A stretch of DNA of 64,000 bases from assembly GCA_949358305.1 (NCBI GenBank), contig OX442314.1, positions 19,220,001 to 19,284,000 of the forward strand, written 5' to 3'. The notes beneath the pieces are model-generated. The model worked only from the letters and a program-made list of their open reading frames with translations. It did no database searches and had not been told where the DNA came from. Made by a program: the position numbers and the translations under genes. This document shows positions 24,801-38,600 of this stretch, one piece after another (the stretch's first letter is position 1; each line of letters starts with the position of its first letter). The stretch comes from Strigamia acuminata (Eukaryota).

Positions 24801-27056
24801 TTTTTGTTCCTACATTACGGTAAATAGGACGTTATATTTCCTCAGTCATCCTACAAAAACCATAGTACAAGTCTACAGAAATCAAACTATTGAATTTCCA
24901 AGTATCACAATATGTGCAGATAATAATTACATTAAAAATTTAAGATATTTGTATTACATAATAACCGGAAATCGCTTGTGTTTGCCTTTGAGTCAATACT
25001 TGGACATATCTGGAACAACAGTACATAATTTATGGAATTACTCCGCTACAAAAGAAATCATCTTTTTCCAGTATCGTAATGGCATTTACAATGATGCTTT
25101 GGTACTAAATCATCTATTTGTTGAATTTAAAGTGTGTTTATTGAAATTGCATATTATTTATTCCAAAGAAATTTTTTATTACCGCCCTTATGAACTCCAG
25201 CATTGATCAAGCAGTTCATTCTGACGTTCCAACAGTCTATGGAAATTGCGCAGAATACAATATAGGTTTGTTACGTAACAATTGATCCTTTCATGACAAC
25301 TTATGCACCTTGAATTATAGATAAATCGCAAGAATTGTTTGGAACTACAACCGTTCTTGAAAGCATGATTAATGATGTCAATGATTCTTGTTGCGACCAA
25401 CCCGTGGCAACGGTAAGCTCACGAAAAGACATCCATTAAAAACTGTAGTTACACCGTAGACCAGCGGTCGGCAACTGGCGGCCCGCGGTCCGGATACGGA
25501 CCGCGGAAGGTCGAAACTTGGACCGCGGTGACGTTTTAGCGACGTTTTTCCCTCGGTTTCTTTGGTTTTTCGGTGTTTTTCTTCTTGTTTTTTTTTTTTT
25601 TTTCATGTTTTTTAGGTTTTATTGGTATTTTTTGTGTTGTGTGTGTTTATTGGGGGATTTATTTGGTTTTTAAGTATTTTCTTAGGTTTTTAGTAAGGTT
25701 TTTAAGTGTTTTTTTTCTGGACCTCGATAAAAATTTTCAATAGTATCCGGACCCTACTTAAAATTACTTGCCGACCCCTGCCGTAGACAAAAAAGATTTC
25801 TCTGAGTTACAGCTGGTTGTTAGTTTGACCACAAGCAAGCATGTAGAACCATTAAAATTTACTGACATCAGTATTTGCCCAGTCTATTTGTTTAATACTG
25901 TAGTCCAGGCAAGACAAGTTGATCATATTTTCCAGAATCAGGACTAATGTTATCGAATCTTAATAGCTTTTTATGCCACCTGGTAGATATAGGGTACTCA
26001 AAACATATAACTGAAGAGAAGTTTTTATGTACAAGCATCGTAACTAAACAGTATACAGTCGAAACTCTTTATAATGAATCGGGATATAACGAATTATCGC
26101 TATAACGAATTGTTAAAAATGACTTGGTTGGCCAGCCATAGCACCCCATGTTAAAAATTTTCTATATAACAAATTTCAATATAACAAATTATTCGTTATA
26201 ACAAACAAATTTTATGTACACTATAATACCCATAAGCCCTTGTTATAACGAATTTTCAAAACTGATCGCAGCATCTTATACCCATATACCCATATCCCTT
26301 GCGATTCGTTATAAAGAGTTTCGACTGTACAAGTATATCATATTTCTTAGGTTTTTCTAACACAGAGAGATGTTCCTTCGTATTTTGAATTACAAACAAG
26401 GCTCGAAATTCCAAGAAATAAAATAGCTCTTATCGCTTTAAAATTTCGAAAAGTAATTATAATACGATTAACAAATTTTAAAATTGAAGTAATGTAAATA
26501 TTAAATCAAGGTAATTAGAGTAAATAGCCAAGGCCACCAATGCTTGGATAGGGATACTGCAATCAATTGTCTTATTAAATGTCATTCAAGATTGCTTTTC
26601 AAACAAATACCATGCAGGAAAGTTCAATTTTAACTTATTATTAGATAATATAAAATTATTTTTATTTATTTCGGTTACAGATTGCCCTTTATGCCTGAAC
26701 ATGATAAAGTAAAATTTTGTACAACTTCAAGTTCTGCTGAATTAGCTAGAACAATTTATGAGTACGTTTATTTAAGGAATTATCCGGATAAAAGTTGCAA
26801 TTGTTTACCACCCTGTACTGAATTAATATACGAGTACAGCCACTTCATTGAACCTCACGAGGAAAAATTTACTTTTATTCATATTTTCTTTTCAAAAACA
26901 CTATTTGAAACGATTCAAGAAATTTATTCGTATACATTCATTAAATTTATCTGTGATGTTGGGGGACTTTTATCCATTGGATTAGGGTTTACTGTATTAA
27001 CAATGTTTGATACTCTTCAAACTTTAATAAGTTTTACGTGTTCTTTCAAACAATAA
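21812..27056 (+). CDS. Two-domain DEG/ENaC copy C, apparently intact
   Basis: Exons 21812-22285, 22362-22437, 22506-22591, 23904-23999, 24071-24186, 24258-25101, 25169-25265, 25321-25412, 26351-26452, 26511-26617 and 26681-27056. Motifs LPSVTVC, LLCDIGGNLGLLLGLS, FPSITIC and CDVGGLLSIGLGFT. GA donor at 26618. Confidence 0.87.
22610..23830. mobile_element. Non-autonomous Mutator (MULE)-like element with a GC-rich interior, intron 3 of copy C
   Basis: 9-bp TSD TTCAAATTT (22601-22609 and 23831-23839); TIRs of ~130 bp starting GGG and ending CCC. Confidence 0.8.
25462..25780. mobile_element. hAT-like MITE
   Basis: 8-bp TSD CCGTAGAC; termini cagcggtcggcaa and ttgccgacccctg. Confidence 0.8.
26056..26327. 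mobile_element. Tc1/pogo (Tigger-like) MITE
   Basis: TA|cagtcgaaactctttataa ... ttataaagagtttcgactg|TA. Confidence 0.8.
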
Positions 27057-27186
27057 GTTTAACCTGTTCTTTCAAACAATAAGTTTAACGTGTTCTTTCA
27101 AACAATAAGTTTAACCTGTTCTTTCAAACAATAAGTTTAACGTGTTCTTTCAAACGATAAGTTTAACGTGTTCTTTCAAACAATAA
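27031..27186 (+). repeat. 26-bp tandem repeat x6 that includes the stop codon of copy C
   Basis: Unit gtttaac(g/c)tgttctttcaaacaataa repeated six times. Confidence 0.9.
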
Positions 27187-27550
27187 GTGAAAGCAGAATT
27201 AATAATTTGAAAGAATACGGTAATACAAATGAAAAGTATAACAAAAATTAATATAGTTGTTTTATAATATATCTCCTACAACCCTAATACGAATATATAT
27301 ATAATTGGTTGTCATTTTAATACGTTGATAGCTGTAAATTATCCGTAATAAAAAATATTACTTTTTTCTGCAAAATTGAAAACAATTTAGATGATGCTGT
27401 CACAAGAATCTTAACATCATATTCACACTAGAAGACTAGATGATTCGTGACCCAAAAAATAAATAAGTCTTTGCACCATCTGGTGAATACAGTTAGAAAC
27501 ATTCATTCTGGAGAGTTGAGCTTGACGTGTGAAGAGAAGACTTTTATTAA

Positions 27551-28652
27551 GAGATCAAATTATTGACACCCCCAAATTAATTGAAAAATCTATTTAATCT
27601 GTTTAATCTGTTTAATCTATTTAAATCTATTTAATTGCACACCAATTATTCACACACTATTTTTATTTATTTGACCCCCCATTTGTAGTTAACAACCCCC
27701 CAAAAATATTTATTTCCACACTGTTTGTTTTAACACTATTTTGCTTGATTTTTCCACCAAATTTTAAATATTCCCGGTTTCTTGTTTGCAACGCCAGTGT
27801 GGCCTTAGATGGCCTATCCCGTTTGCGTTTATGCCCAATTCGAACATTCTAGGCCTCGGGTTGCACTACCAGAAAGCCTTCCTTTATGGCTACTCCAAGA
27901 GTATGCTTGCAAACATATGTTTTATAGAATGTTGGGCAAGTACAAGTGGCTTTATCCCATTTGTCCCCAGTTATGGTTAGAAACCAGAGACACATGTACG
28001 TTTGTCGGTAGGTATCGAATCGGCGCCAATTTTGAAGCTTGGTCTGCCTCAAGTATGTGTCAATGTCTGGTTCACGCACATTGTTTTGGTTCGTGGGCAT
28101 AATAAAATAAAAATTTCGATTACCCCTGAGACGAGTCTTGACACACGACTTCAATGCTTGCCAGTTGTATGCTTCGGTTATTAACTTCAATGTACAGGTT
28201 GGTTGTAGAGCAAATAATTTAGCATTAATGGTGTCTGGTCTTCGCTCTAAAGATCAATCAGCCACCATTCGCTTCATCACTTCCATGAACCTATTAAGGG
28301 GGAGCCGGTAATGCGACTTTATCACACTATTTGTTGACTCCAGACTATTGTTTGTGCAAGGTGAGCCCAGACAATGACCAACATGCCACCCAACAAAACG
28401 ATTCAAGTACTCCTCCTCAAAGTAATCCAGTCTCCAGTTTCCATTTCTTAAGCAATAGGCTCTTTGGTGCTTAAAACGTCGAAAAGGTCGCAAAAACGTT
28501 CATGAAACTCCAAAAATGTCTTAAAAACGTTCCGGGAAAAAATAATTGAATTTGGGGGGTAGATTCAAGGATTTGGGGGCAAACTTAATGTGTGCAATTA
28601 AATATTTTAGGTGTTTTTATAATTATAAATAGGGGGTCAATAAATACAACCT
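27551..28652 (-). mobile_element. Degenerate MULE element with transposase/SWIM remnants
   Basis: 9-bp TSD TTTTATTAA. Minus-strand fragments include TNNSLESTNSVIK (MULE transposase C-terminal motif) and CTCPTFYKTYVCKH (SWIM finger). Confidence 0.75.
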
Positions 28653-29614
28653 TTTTATTAAGACTGTACATCTTTCTCAATATATACACCAATTATCCCC
28701 AAAAATTTTAAAGTCAATACCCCTGTGCCCAATTCGGAAAGTTACAAGAACTTGTTTACAAGTCAGTCTATCACAGTCCTGCATGACTAATTTAAAACCA
28801 TAAAAATGAATACCATATCAACTAAAGTTTAGTAAATATGTTTATTCTTGAAGCTATGCAGATAATTAAAGTCATATATTTTATTATCTTGACTAAATTT
28901 ACAATTTTACGATAATAAAGTATATTTATATTAAATGACCTGAGTTTTCTTTATTGACCAGTTACTTAAGGTAACAGCCTGCGTCTATGGTAGTCATTAC
29001 TGGTAGTATATTTAATCTACTTGAGATGTACAGCAGCAACTTAAAAAAAGATGCCAACTATTATGTAGGGATAAATATCAAACCAGATATAGCCTGTATG
29101 AAAATTGTCGCAAAATTGACATTCTTTGTCATTTTATTACGTAGGTAGCTGTAAATTGATTTTTTATTGCATAAATTGATTTTTTTGCATATTGTATGAG
29201 CATAAAATGATTTTTTTTTACGTGAACATTGTATTAATTATTTCAACAGTTCTGCTTCTGCACGACTTGGCTGACATTAGACATAAATCATTTGAAAATT
29301 ACCTTGCCAACCAATATTCATTAATTACCTTCATTACTTGTAATAGATATAATTAGGGTCATAACATTTAACTTGATACATAATTTACTGAAACGATGCG
29401 CGTGTAAAAAAAACAATTAAACTGCTGTATATTCTTTTTTATTGATATTTTAATGAAACTATATCCATGGCACGTGTGTGTCGACATTAGTGCAAGCAAT
29501 TCAAGTTAGCTATCAACATGCAGCAACATTTTGAGTTACCTGAGACAAATATTAGACGACGACTGTTAAAACAGATAATTCGGACGGAATTGAATTCTAC
29601 ACAACTGAAGATTC

Positions 29615-31904
29615 CAATTATACAACAGCGGAAATAAATATTGCTAATTTAGGAATTGTCTAATTTCTCCATTTGAACTCAGAACTTTAAAGAAAAGAAA
29701 AAACCACCACCAGGTTACACCCTTACTGCGGGCTACGGACAGTCCAAATCCTCAGTCTAATTTCTTCTGCCATTTTGGATTCCACGGAAAATTTTTGCTG
29801 CTTCTTTTTGGTTAGTTTTCGAATTAATTTTGCTTTTTGACGGACGATATTATCGTCGCTAACACGTCCCAACGTGGCCGCCCGCCAACCGCCAAGCAGA
29901 AGGCGGCTAGGACTGCCGTTGTCTTTGAAACGACCGACCCGAGCCAGTACGGCGTTGCTGTGGAAGAGTCACGTCAGTCGGACGTTGCCGATACCGTCGC
30001 TTCAGCAGACTGGAGCAGAGGATGTTTTTGGCTGGTTTGTCTTTTTCGGTTAAGTCCTCTTTCTGCCCCGCGGAACGCGCCTTTGGGACGCGAGGGGTGA
30101 GGCCCATGTAATGCCCGTAACATGTCTCGCTCTGTTGCTGGGGTTTTGGTTCAGGTTCACCGAACCGAGGTTTTGCCCGCTGCAAAGCGGAGGTTTTGCC
30201 CGCTGCAAAGCGGAGGTTTTGCCCGCTGCAAAGCGGAGGTTTTGCCCGCTAACAAGCGGAGGTTTTGCCCGCTAAAAAGCGGAGGTTTTGCCCGCTAAAA
30301 AGCGGAGGTTTTGCCCGCTAAAAAGCGGAGGTTTTGCCCGCTAAAAAGCGGAGGTTTTGCCCGCTAAAAAGCGGAGGTTTTGCCCACTAAAAAGCGGAGG
30401 TTTGCCCGCTACAAAGCGGAGGTTTTGCCCGCTACAAAGCGGAGGTTTTGCCCGCTAAAAAGCGGAGGTTTTGCCCGCTAAAAAGCGGAGGTTTTGCCCG
30501 CTAAAAAGCGGAGGTTTTGCCCGCTAAAAAGCGGAGGTTTTGCCCGCTAAAAAGCGGAGGTTTTGCCCGCTAAAAAGCGGAGGTTTTGCCCGCTAAAAAG
30601 CGGAGGTTTTGCCCGCTAAAAGCGGAGGTTTGCCCGCTACAAAGCGGAGGTTTTGCCCGCTACAAAGCGGAGGTTTTGCCCGCTACAAAGCGGAGGTTTT
30701 GCCCGCTAAAAGCGGAGGTTTTGCCCGCTACAAAGCGGAGGCTTTGCCCACTCAAAACAGAAGTTTTGCACGCTAGAAAAGCGGAAGTTTTGTCCGCTAC
30801 AAATCCGGAGTTTTGCCCTGTTTTTCGGATTTTTCTCTGGACAGCGCACATGGGTTGTGGCTGCAAATGTTGCTGCGCAGCTAAGGAAGTTTTTTCCGCT
30901 TCAAGGCGGACGCCGAGTTATTTTTCCCACCAAGCAGAGGTCGGTCTTGTCAGTGCACATGGGCTTCAACTGGTCAACTGATGGAGTGCAAATAGTTTTT
31001 GCAATTTTCGGCGATTCATTTGTTTTTTAGCAAATGAATTTTGTGCATTTAAAGCTTTCTCACACCTCAAATATCAGAATAGTCTTTCTTGCAATATCAG
31101 TTGAAACTATTGGTTAATGTGAGATTCTATAAGCTTTACGTGACTATTTACAAAATAAACCTCACTTTTTTCTAAGACTTAGGTTCCCATCTGGTTATTC
31201 GCCGGATCCTGAGGGGCGTGTCTCTTTCTAGACCAACTGTCCCGAGATACTCTAATATCTGGCACATAGGCCCGATTTTAACGCATCTCAAACGTCTCTT
31301 TTCCGTCCCTAATCTTTCGAGACTGTCGAGAAATCAGCGTCTGGCTACTCTTTTGGCTCTTGCATTGGCAGACAGAGCGGGTAACCTTTGACTACTCTCA
31401 GCAGACATTTGGTTTTTCGATTATTTTTGCATGGTCCCTCTGTGCGGTTCTCGTAAATCCGCGTATCTAGCGCCTCTTTGCAGCGCGTCCTTTCACGACG
31501 AGGAGTTATGTCCGGTGGTTGCTTTGCGTCGGTTCCTAAACTTTACCGCTTCTTTGAAGGGTAGTTCAAAACAATTTTTTTTTCTCTCTGGCTTGCCACC
31601 GTCTGGCCCGGTTTTCTCTACGACCATCGCGAGGTGGATTAAGGGCGTCCTCTCTGACGCGGGGGTAGATACCTCCGTTTTCTCGGCCCATTCAACCAGA
31701 GCTGCAGCCACGTCGTTCGCGGCTAGTAGGGGAGTCTTTAGAGTGCATTATCAAAGCCGCCGATTGGTCAACTGCCGATCGAATCCGCTTTGGAAGAATT
31801 TGCTTCTGTAGTATTAAGGGGCTACGAACGTTCCTAAATTAGCAATATTTATTTCCCTTAGTATAATCTAGATTTTGCTTCACTATACTAGCAAAATCCC
31901 AATT
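29615..31904 (+). mobile_element. Internally deleted DIRS1-like (tyrosine recombinase) retrotransposon remnant
   Basis: Bounded by CAATT at both ends. Recombinase remnant 31431-31811 (LCPV...TIARWIK...FSAHSTRAAATS) resembles the ORF at 61188. The left-end sequence ggaaataaatattgctaatttaggaa is inverted at ~31830-31856. Confidence 0.75.
30167..30820 (+). repeat. 23-bp minisatellite, roughly 27 copies, inside the DIRS remnant
   Basis: Unit aagcggaggttttgcccgct(aaa/aca/gca) repeated head to tail with no spacers, decaying toward the right end. Confidence 0.9.
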
Positions 31905-34722
31905 GTAGGATTATCATTTCTCGAGAAAAATGAACGACCAATGTGGATAGGAATAATATGGCTCATTATTCTATTGTCCTGTGTTGTAGCATGCGGTTAT
32001 CAAGCCTATGACCGTATACTGTATTATTGTTCTTATCCAATTAGAGTTGACGTTATGTTTAGTAGTGGTGCTGACCGTCCCCTACCATCTGTAACCGTAT
32101 GTGCGCACGATACACCATCATGGATTGAACATATTGAAGAAAATAAGACGTTTGTTAACATGGTTCAGAGATTTCAGGAAACCTACCCATGCGCAAATCA
32201 AATGTTAGTTTTTTATGATTTAATTAATAAGAAATCAGTTGATGAAATTTGGGAAATGTTCAACACAACTACTGTTCTTGACAGCTACAATCTACGGAAG
32301 GTAGGCAATAATAATTTTCAAGTTTTGTAATAAGTGTTTGGAATTGTTATCAGTATCACCGTTGTTATTCATGTTTATTAATTGTTTCGATTCACTCGGT
32401 AGTCATTTTCGCATTTGATTGTATTCAGGGGAAACGTTTGCTGCCAAATACAAATATCCAACTAAATCAGACAAATTTACCTTTGGGATCATGTTTACAA
32501 TTTTCATACGGTTAGAACCATTTTTTCCATTTTTTTGCCCTCGGTTGAAACACTAAGATATTGTATGTTTTATTATTTTATTAGATGAAAATGGAGAAAA
32601 AGCTGACGTATTAGATTTTATAATTAATAAACCCAAAGGTGGTTGCAATAGGACTTCTAGATTAATGGTAATTTAACTAATGGTAAATATATTCGATTCT
32701 TATCAAAATAATTAAATTTTACAGCTTACATTTCAAAAAAATCAAATTAAATCAAACTTGAAAGAATTTTGGCATCTTCCAACAAATTCAAGAGTTGAAG
32801 TAAATGTTGCATTGATTGAAGTAATATTTATTATTTGAATATTATTAACATAATTATTAATAATTTAATATTATTGAATAAATGTGTGTGGAAACTGGCG
32901 GTTTCCAAAGTGAAATAATTTAGTTGAGTGTTTTGACCACCGTGGCACAAGTGAAAACTTACTTGTGACCCGGATTAAATGTATTCTTGGAATTGGGGAT
33001 TATCTTAATCCCTTTGCTTTATATACTCAAAATTGAATAAAATTATCACTGTCTTTTCAAATGTAACCTTGTCTACATCGTTCTTTGAGTTTACAACAAC
33101 CTTCGATCCGAATCCGACTCCATCCGTAGTTTTAATAAGTTTAAGGAGTGTTTCATTTATACAAGTTGCTCGTGCAACGTCTCAAATGTGTATTTAGTAT
33201 AATTTTGTCAAAAGTCCTTGGCAAAAATGTGATTCTGCCAAAGACTACAAAAGATGTTCGGAGAATTGTTTTAAACTTTCGTATTCAGAAGTGCAATCTA
33301 CATACAAGTTTCTCAAATGCAGGTAAAATTTAAAATCATACACTACCTGTTCTGTTTCGAAAACTTTATCACAAACTCCCATACGTTGGGCATCAATGTA
33401 TGTATCAACGTGTACACAATGCAGTGATCCGGGTTATTCACTGTAGAAATGCTCAAATTGAGACTTAGTTTCCGAAAATAAATAATTAATTACCGGTATG
33501 TGCATGATGGCGATGACTCCAGAGCAGCTTGATGGTGTTCCTCGATCGGTGGGTGAGCGCTCTGATCGTAATCAGAGATCACAAATACACAAAGTTGATA
33601 CACACAGATGATAGCTGGATTTGCTTAAACAAAGCAAAGACAGCAGAAGTCTCAAATCACTCAAACAATAACACAAGTCAGTACTGGCGAGCAATGACAA
33701 GGTGTTTTGCAGGTTTATAGATGAAATCAAGTGTGGGTCAGAAATCCGAGGGATCGGCCTGGCACACTCCAAATCTGCTCAGCAGACCTGCGCAGAGACA
33801 ATAATTTGGTGCAACAATTATAATTGCACCACAACCCGAAAGAATTGGCCTCCCATCTCTCCCTAAGATGGGCATTATTTGACCCAGATTCTGCGCATGC
33901 GCAAAATCCGGGTCTTAAAAATTTCCGAAGGAATTTGGCCAACACGTGTGTTTTTGACAACAACAAACATGGCCGCCGCAATACCTGGTGGCAATGATTG
34001 ACATTAGCGGAGCCTGCTGATGATCATGATTTGTGTCCTTTGGACTCCTAAGATGGGTCTTTTTTGACCCAGTTAAACTTTGAGTTCAAATTATAGAAAA
34101 ACTTAAAAAATTAAAAAAGTTTCAACTGTGGTATAGTGTCTAGTGATGTTTCAAAGGAATAGTCAGCAAAAATCAGAGAAAAAAAAAATTATTTCTTATA
34201 AAAATAATGATTTTTTTAAAACAGGGTCACAAAATGACCCATCTCAGGGTTGGAAGGGTTAACTGCGCCTGCGCATCTAAATACGTCATCACAATTCCGA
34301 AAATGTTTTGTAAAATGTATACAAAATGTCGGTGACTTCTGGTGACCCCTTTACACTTTTCTCTTGCTTTTGGTAGCATGCAGATGTGTCAAACTTGGTT
34401 TTAATATTTCATTGATTTGTTTATTCCTTGGTTGTTTTCAAGATGTCGACTGACTTGTGAGTAGCAAGTCTACTACGTAGTATTCAACTCCCTCTCACTG
34501 CAGATATTATGGGAAAACATGAGCAATTCATGGCTCTTGATTTTGAATATAAACACATACAACCCAAAATATCGATTCCCATTTCACTGAAATTTAATAT
34601 TCTTGTGGAGTTTCGACTAAAATATAAAGTCAGAAGTGGGAATAAACAATTCAATGCCACAATTGACCAGAAAATCAGCATTGCAAATTGGATAAATTAT
34701 TTAACTGCTCTCTCCAATAGTA

Positions 34723-35167
34723 CAGGGTAAGCCAGAGAGATCTGACGATTTTGAAAATGTAATTACTCTGTAACTACTGTAATTACAATTTTTATTTGAA
34801 ACTAAAACCATTTAACAGAGCTAGAAATGCCATTTTTACGTCTGAAAAATGTGTTTCTTTGCTCCACACATGATGATGCGATGATACATCGTCCATTGCT
34901 CCAGGATCACTGAAATGGCATTGGTTGAGCCATTGCTTCCCCACAACAATCATTATTCTAGTCAAAATGGTTGCTTAAAGATAAGCACATAAAAATCTTC
35001 AGGTCTCTCTGACTCATAAGGAAAGTGACCATCCGAGTGATATAATTTTTCAGACATAAAAATGGCATTTTAAACTCTATAAAATGGTTTTAGTTTCAAA
35101 TAAAAATTTAAATTAGTACCAGAGTAATTACATTTTAAAAATCCTTAGGTTTCTCTGGCTCACCCTG
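34723..35167. mobile_element. Tc1/mariner-like MITE
   Basis: TA|cagggtaagccagaga ... tctctggctcaccctg|TA with ~100 bp imperfect TIRs. Confidence 0.75.
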
Positions 35168-35672
35168 TAGAACATTCACTTGACTGGACATTCTTCGAAC
35201 CAAACAAATTCTGGAGGTCATTTTATGTCCAAACCACAGAGTATAGTCTACTGTATTTCCATGCTGATGGTCTAAATATTGAAATTAATTTTTTCGTAAA
35301 TAGAAATTTTTTATCACCACAATTCTGACCCCGAGCGAGAACGCAGCATTATATTCTCATGTTCCAACACTGTATGGACATGATATATGGTGTTGATAAT
35401 ATTTTTTGTCAACAACCAATAGTAACGGTAAGCTTCTTACATCGCTTTAGACGAAATAACTTCGCTTTAGACCAAATAAATTTGATTTCTTACTGTTTGT
35501 TATTTGTAGATATTAATAACCGAGAAAAACGTTCCTTCGTATTTTAACTTAAACACCAGGCTTGAAATTCCAATGAATAAAATAGCCCTTATTGCTCTCA
35601 GATATATAAAAGTAAATATTATGACTTGAAAATATAATCATTACAAATGTCTTTAAAGATTATTAGAGTAAA

Positions 35673-38600
35673 TGTGAAAACTGGCGTTGTTAGAAGTAAC
35701 AAGGTCGCACGAGTTCGAGGGAAAGAGCACGGCGCAGCACAGAGAAGCCAACCTGCAGGTGGTGTTTTTGAGTGATATTGGATGACGCGTGACCGGAAGT
35801 GCTGTAAAAGTGTCATAAATTATCTTGTTTCACCCTTTGTTCCCCTGAATTTGTACTTGTGACCCCCAGAAATTACAATAAACTTGTTCTTAACCCAAAA
35901 AAGACATGCTTTATTTCGAGAATTCATAAAAGTTAGAAAAGTAGTAAATTTACACAGTTTTAGTCAAAATTAGTTACAAATCGACTTTGCGAATCTTCAA
36001 ATGGTGCCGAAACCCGGGAAAATCAGTGAATCCGGACAGAAATAAGTAGAAAACAGCATCGTAAAGCCGACCACGCCGAATTTTGACCGAAAATTTCAAG
36101 ATGGACGCCCTTGATCGTTTGCGCGCTCAACAAGCCACGTCCAGAGAAGGAGCCAAGCGGTTATGTAATGCGGTACTCGTCGAATTAGCCAACGTTGCTC
36201 CAGAAATCCTCGCGTTGAAACGATTAAAAAACCAGTTGTTAGCAAAGAGTGAACAATTGACAGCGCTCGACGATAAGATATCGCCGATGATTGTTACGCG
36301 TGCGGATTTGGAGAAAGAAGAAAGCGACAACGAAGATTTCCGTGAGTTGATAATCGACTCTCTTACCGATATTGAAGTCAAATTGGAAGAACTTTTACGG
36401 CCACCAGCACCAGTTATACCCCCAGCGATTCCAATCGGCGGCAGCGCCACGAGCAACTCAGGCGAAGGGACAATAAAGCTGCCAAAGTTAGTAATGCGGA
36501 ATTTCAGCGGGAATCCTGTTGAGTGGTCAAAGTTTTGGTCCAATTTCGAGTTGAGTGTCCACGGCAACGGTTCACTTACAGCAAAAGCCAAATTCGTATA
36601 TTTGAACTCAGTTCTCGAAGGTACTGCAGCAACAGTTGTTCATGGTCTCAAAATCAGCGATGAGAACTATGAAACTGCAGTGACTTTACTTCAAAATCGA
36701 TTTGGGCGAAAAGAAGTCATTGTGAACGCTCACATTCAGACTTTGATGAAACTTAAACCAGTAAAACGAGTTAGCGACCTCGTTGAGTTGCGTAGACTCT
36801 ACGACACGTGCGAATTGCATATTCGAAGTCTCGAGACTGAAGAAATCGATACAGCCACGTTTGGAATTGTATTGTGTCCATTGATACGAAATGCGGTGCC
36901 TGACGTTATTGCACTTGATTTTGCACGCAAAAATAAAGAAAACACTCACGATATGAAACTGTTTTTGGAGTTTTTCAGAGCCGAACTGGAGTTACGAGAA
37001 GAACACGTAGCCGTGAGCGACCAGACAGAGAAACCAGCCGCCAAGACGTTCGTCGACTACAAGAAGCCGACGCGTAACGACAAAATAGCCTCAGCCAATG
37101 CATTGACTACCAACGTTTCATCATCCAGTTGCGTATTCTGCGACGATGCGTCGCACAAGAAGGAAGATTGTCCGCTCAACATTCCAGATCGATTGAAGCG
37201 GTGCATGTCAAAACGAACGTGTTTTAGATGTTTGGGCAGCAAACATATGGCGCGCAGCTGTCCCCAGAAAGAGAAGTGTGTGAACTGTGAGCGGTTTCAC
37301 CATATCCTGTTGTGCGAAGCGTCGAATACCAAGCCAGAGACCGTGCTTGTGTCGACGTTGACAGCAGCAGCAATTACAGCAGAGAACACTGACTTATTTT
37401 TGCAAGTATTAATGACAAATGTGGAATCGAATTGTAAAACCAAGGCTGTGCAGTGCATGTTTGATGGCGGAAGCCACAGATCGTTTATTAGCCAGAAACT
37501 AGTGAATGAACTCGATGCCCAAGTAGTGGGTAAGCAAAATATGCAGATTTCCAGTTTTGGCGACTCTAAAACAGAGAGCGTTTGTCGTCGTCGCGTGAAA
37601 GTGACTTTAAGAAATATTACCGATACTAATAAGTTTGTTGATTTAGAATTGATCGAGGTGCCACGAATAACTCACTCAGTCGCGAGGCAGTCGGGTCCAA
37701 ACGTGCGCGAGATGTTGCGCAAACACAAGATCACCTTAAATATCGACCAGATGTCGACCCAACAAGACGAGGTGGCAATTCTAATTGGAGCGGACCACTT
37801 TTGGCGTATCGTAACAGGCGAATCGAAACGTTTAGATGAGGGATTGATGTGTCTTCACACGTCTCTCGGTTGGACAATCCACGGCGCGATCAGAAGCCAA
37901 GATGAAACGGTTAGACAGTCAGCAACCCACGTGAATCTTGTGCAGTATGAAGACCGACTCGACCACCTTCTTCAACGTTTTTGGGAGTTGGAAGCAGTAG
38001 GCATTCCCCACGAAACTCTCACCAGCGCCCAGGACGAAGATGATCAAGCAGTAGCAAAATTTAAAGAGTCCATCAACTGGACGGGTGAGCGGTACGAGGT
38101 GCGACTGCCTTGGTTGCTGGACAAATCAGAGTTGGACAGCAACTATCAAATTGCACTTAAGAGACTGTGGAATCTTGTTCGCAAGTTTAAACAAAATCCG
38201 GACTTGTACCACCGCTATAAGAAGGTTCTGGACGACCAGAAAATCGCTGGAATAATCGAAACGGCCCCAGAAGTAGCCAACCAGACTGGGTGTTACTACC
38301 TCCCACATCGACCAGTAATTCGAGAGCGGAGAAGCACCACAAAATTGCGCATAGTCTACGACGCCTCGTCGCACGCGCAGAAGAGTCGCTCTCTCAACGA
38401 CTGCCTGTTTACAGGGCCAAATCTCCTTCCAGAATTAATCAATGCCCTTTTATTTTTCAGACAATTCATTGTGGCATTGATTGGAGACATTAAACAAGCG
38501 TTTCATCAAATTTTGCTGGCGTTAGCTGACCGAGATGCGGTGAGGTTTCTGTGGATCGCGGATGGATGGGACGTTGAAGGACCAATTGTGTTGGAGATTC

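Noticed and set aside
30167..30820. CRISPR-like array
   Set aside because: The units are contiguous with no unique spacers, there are no cas genes, and the context is eukaryotic. It is a minisatellite.
30586..30981. 131-aa repetitive ORF
   Set aside because: It is a by-product of translating the 23-bp repeat.
34222..34262. piggyBac-like terminus (...gaagggTTAA)
   Set aside because: No matching opposite end with TTAA could be placed confidently.
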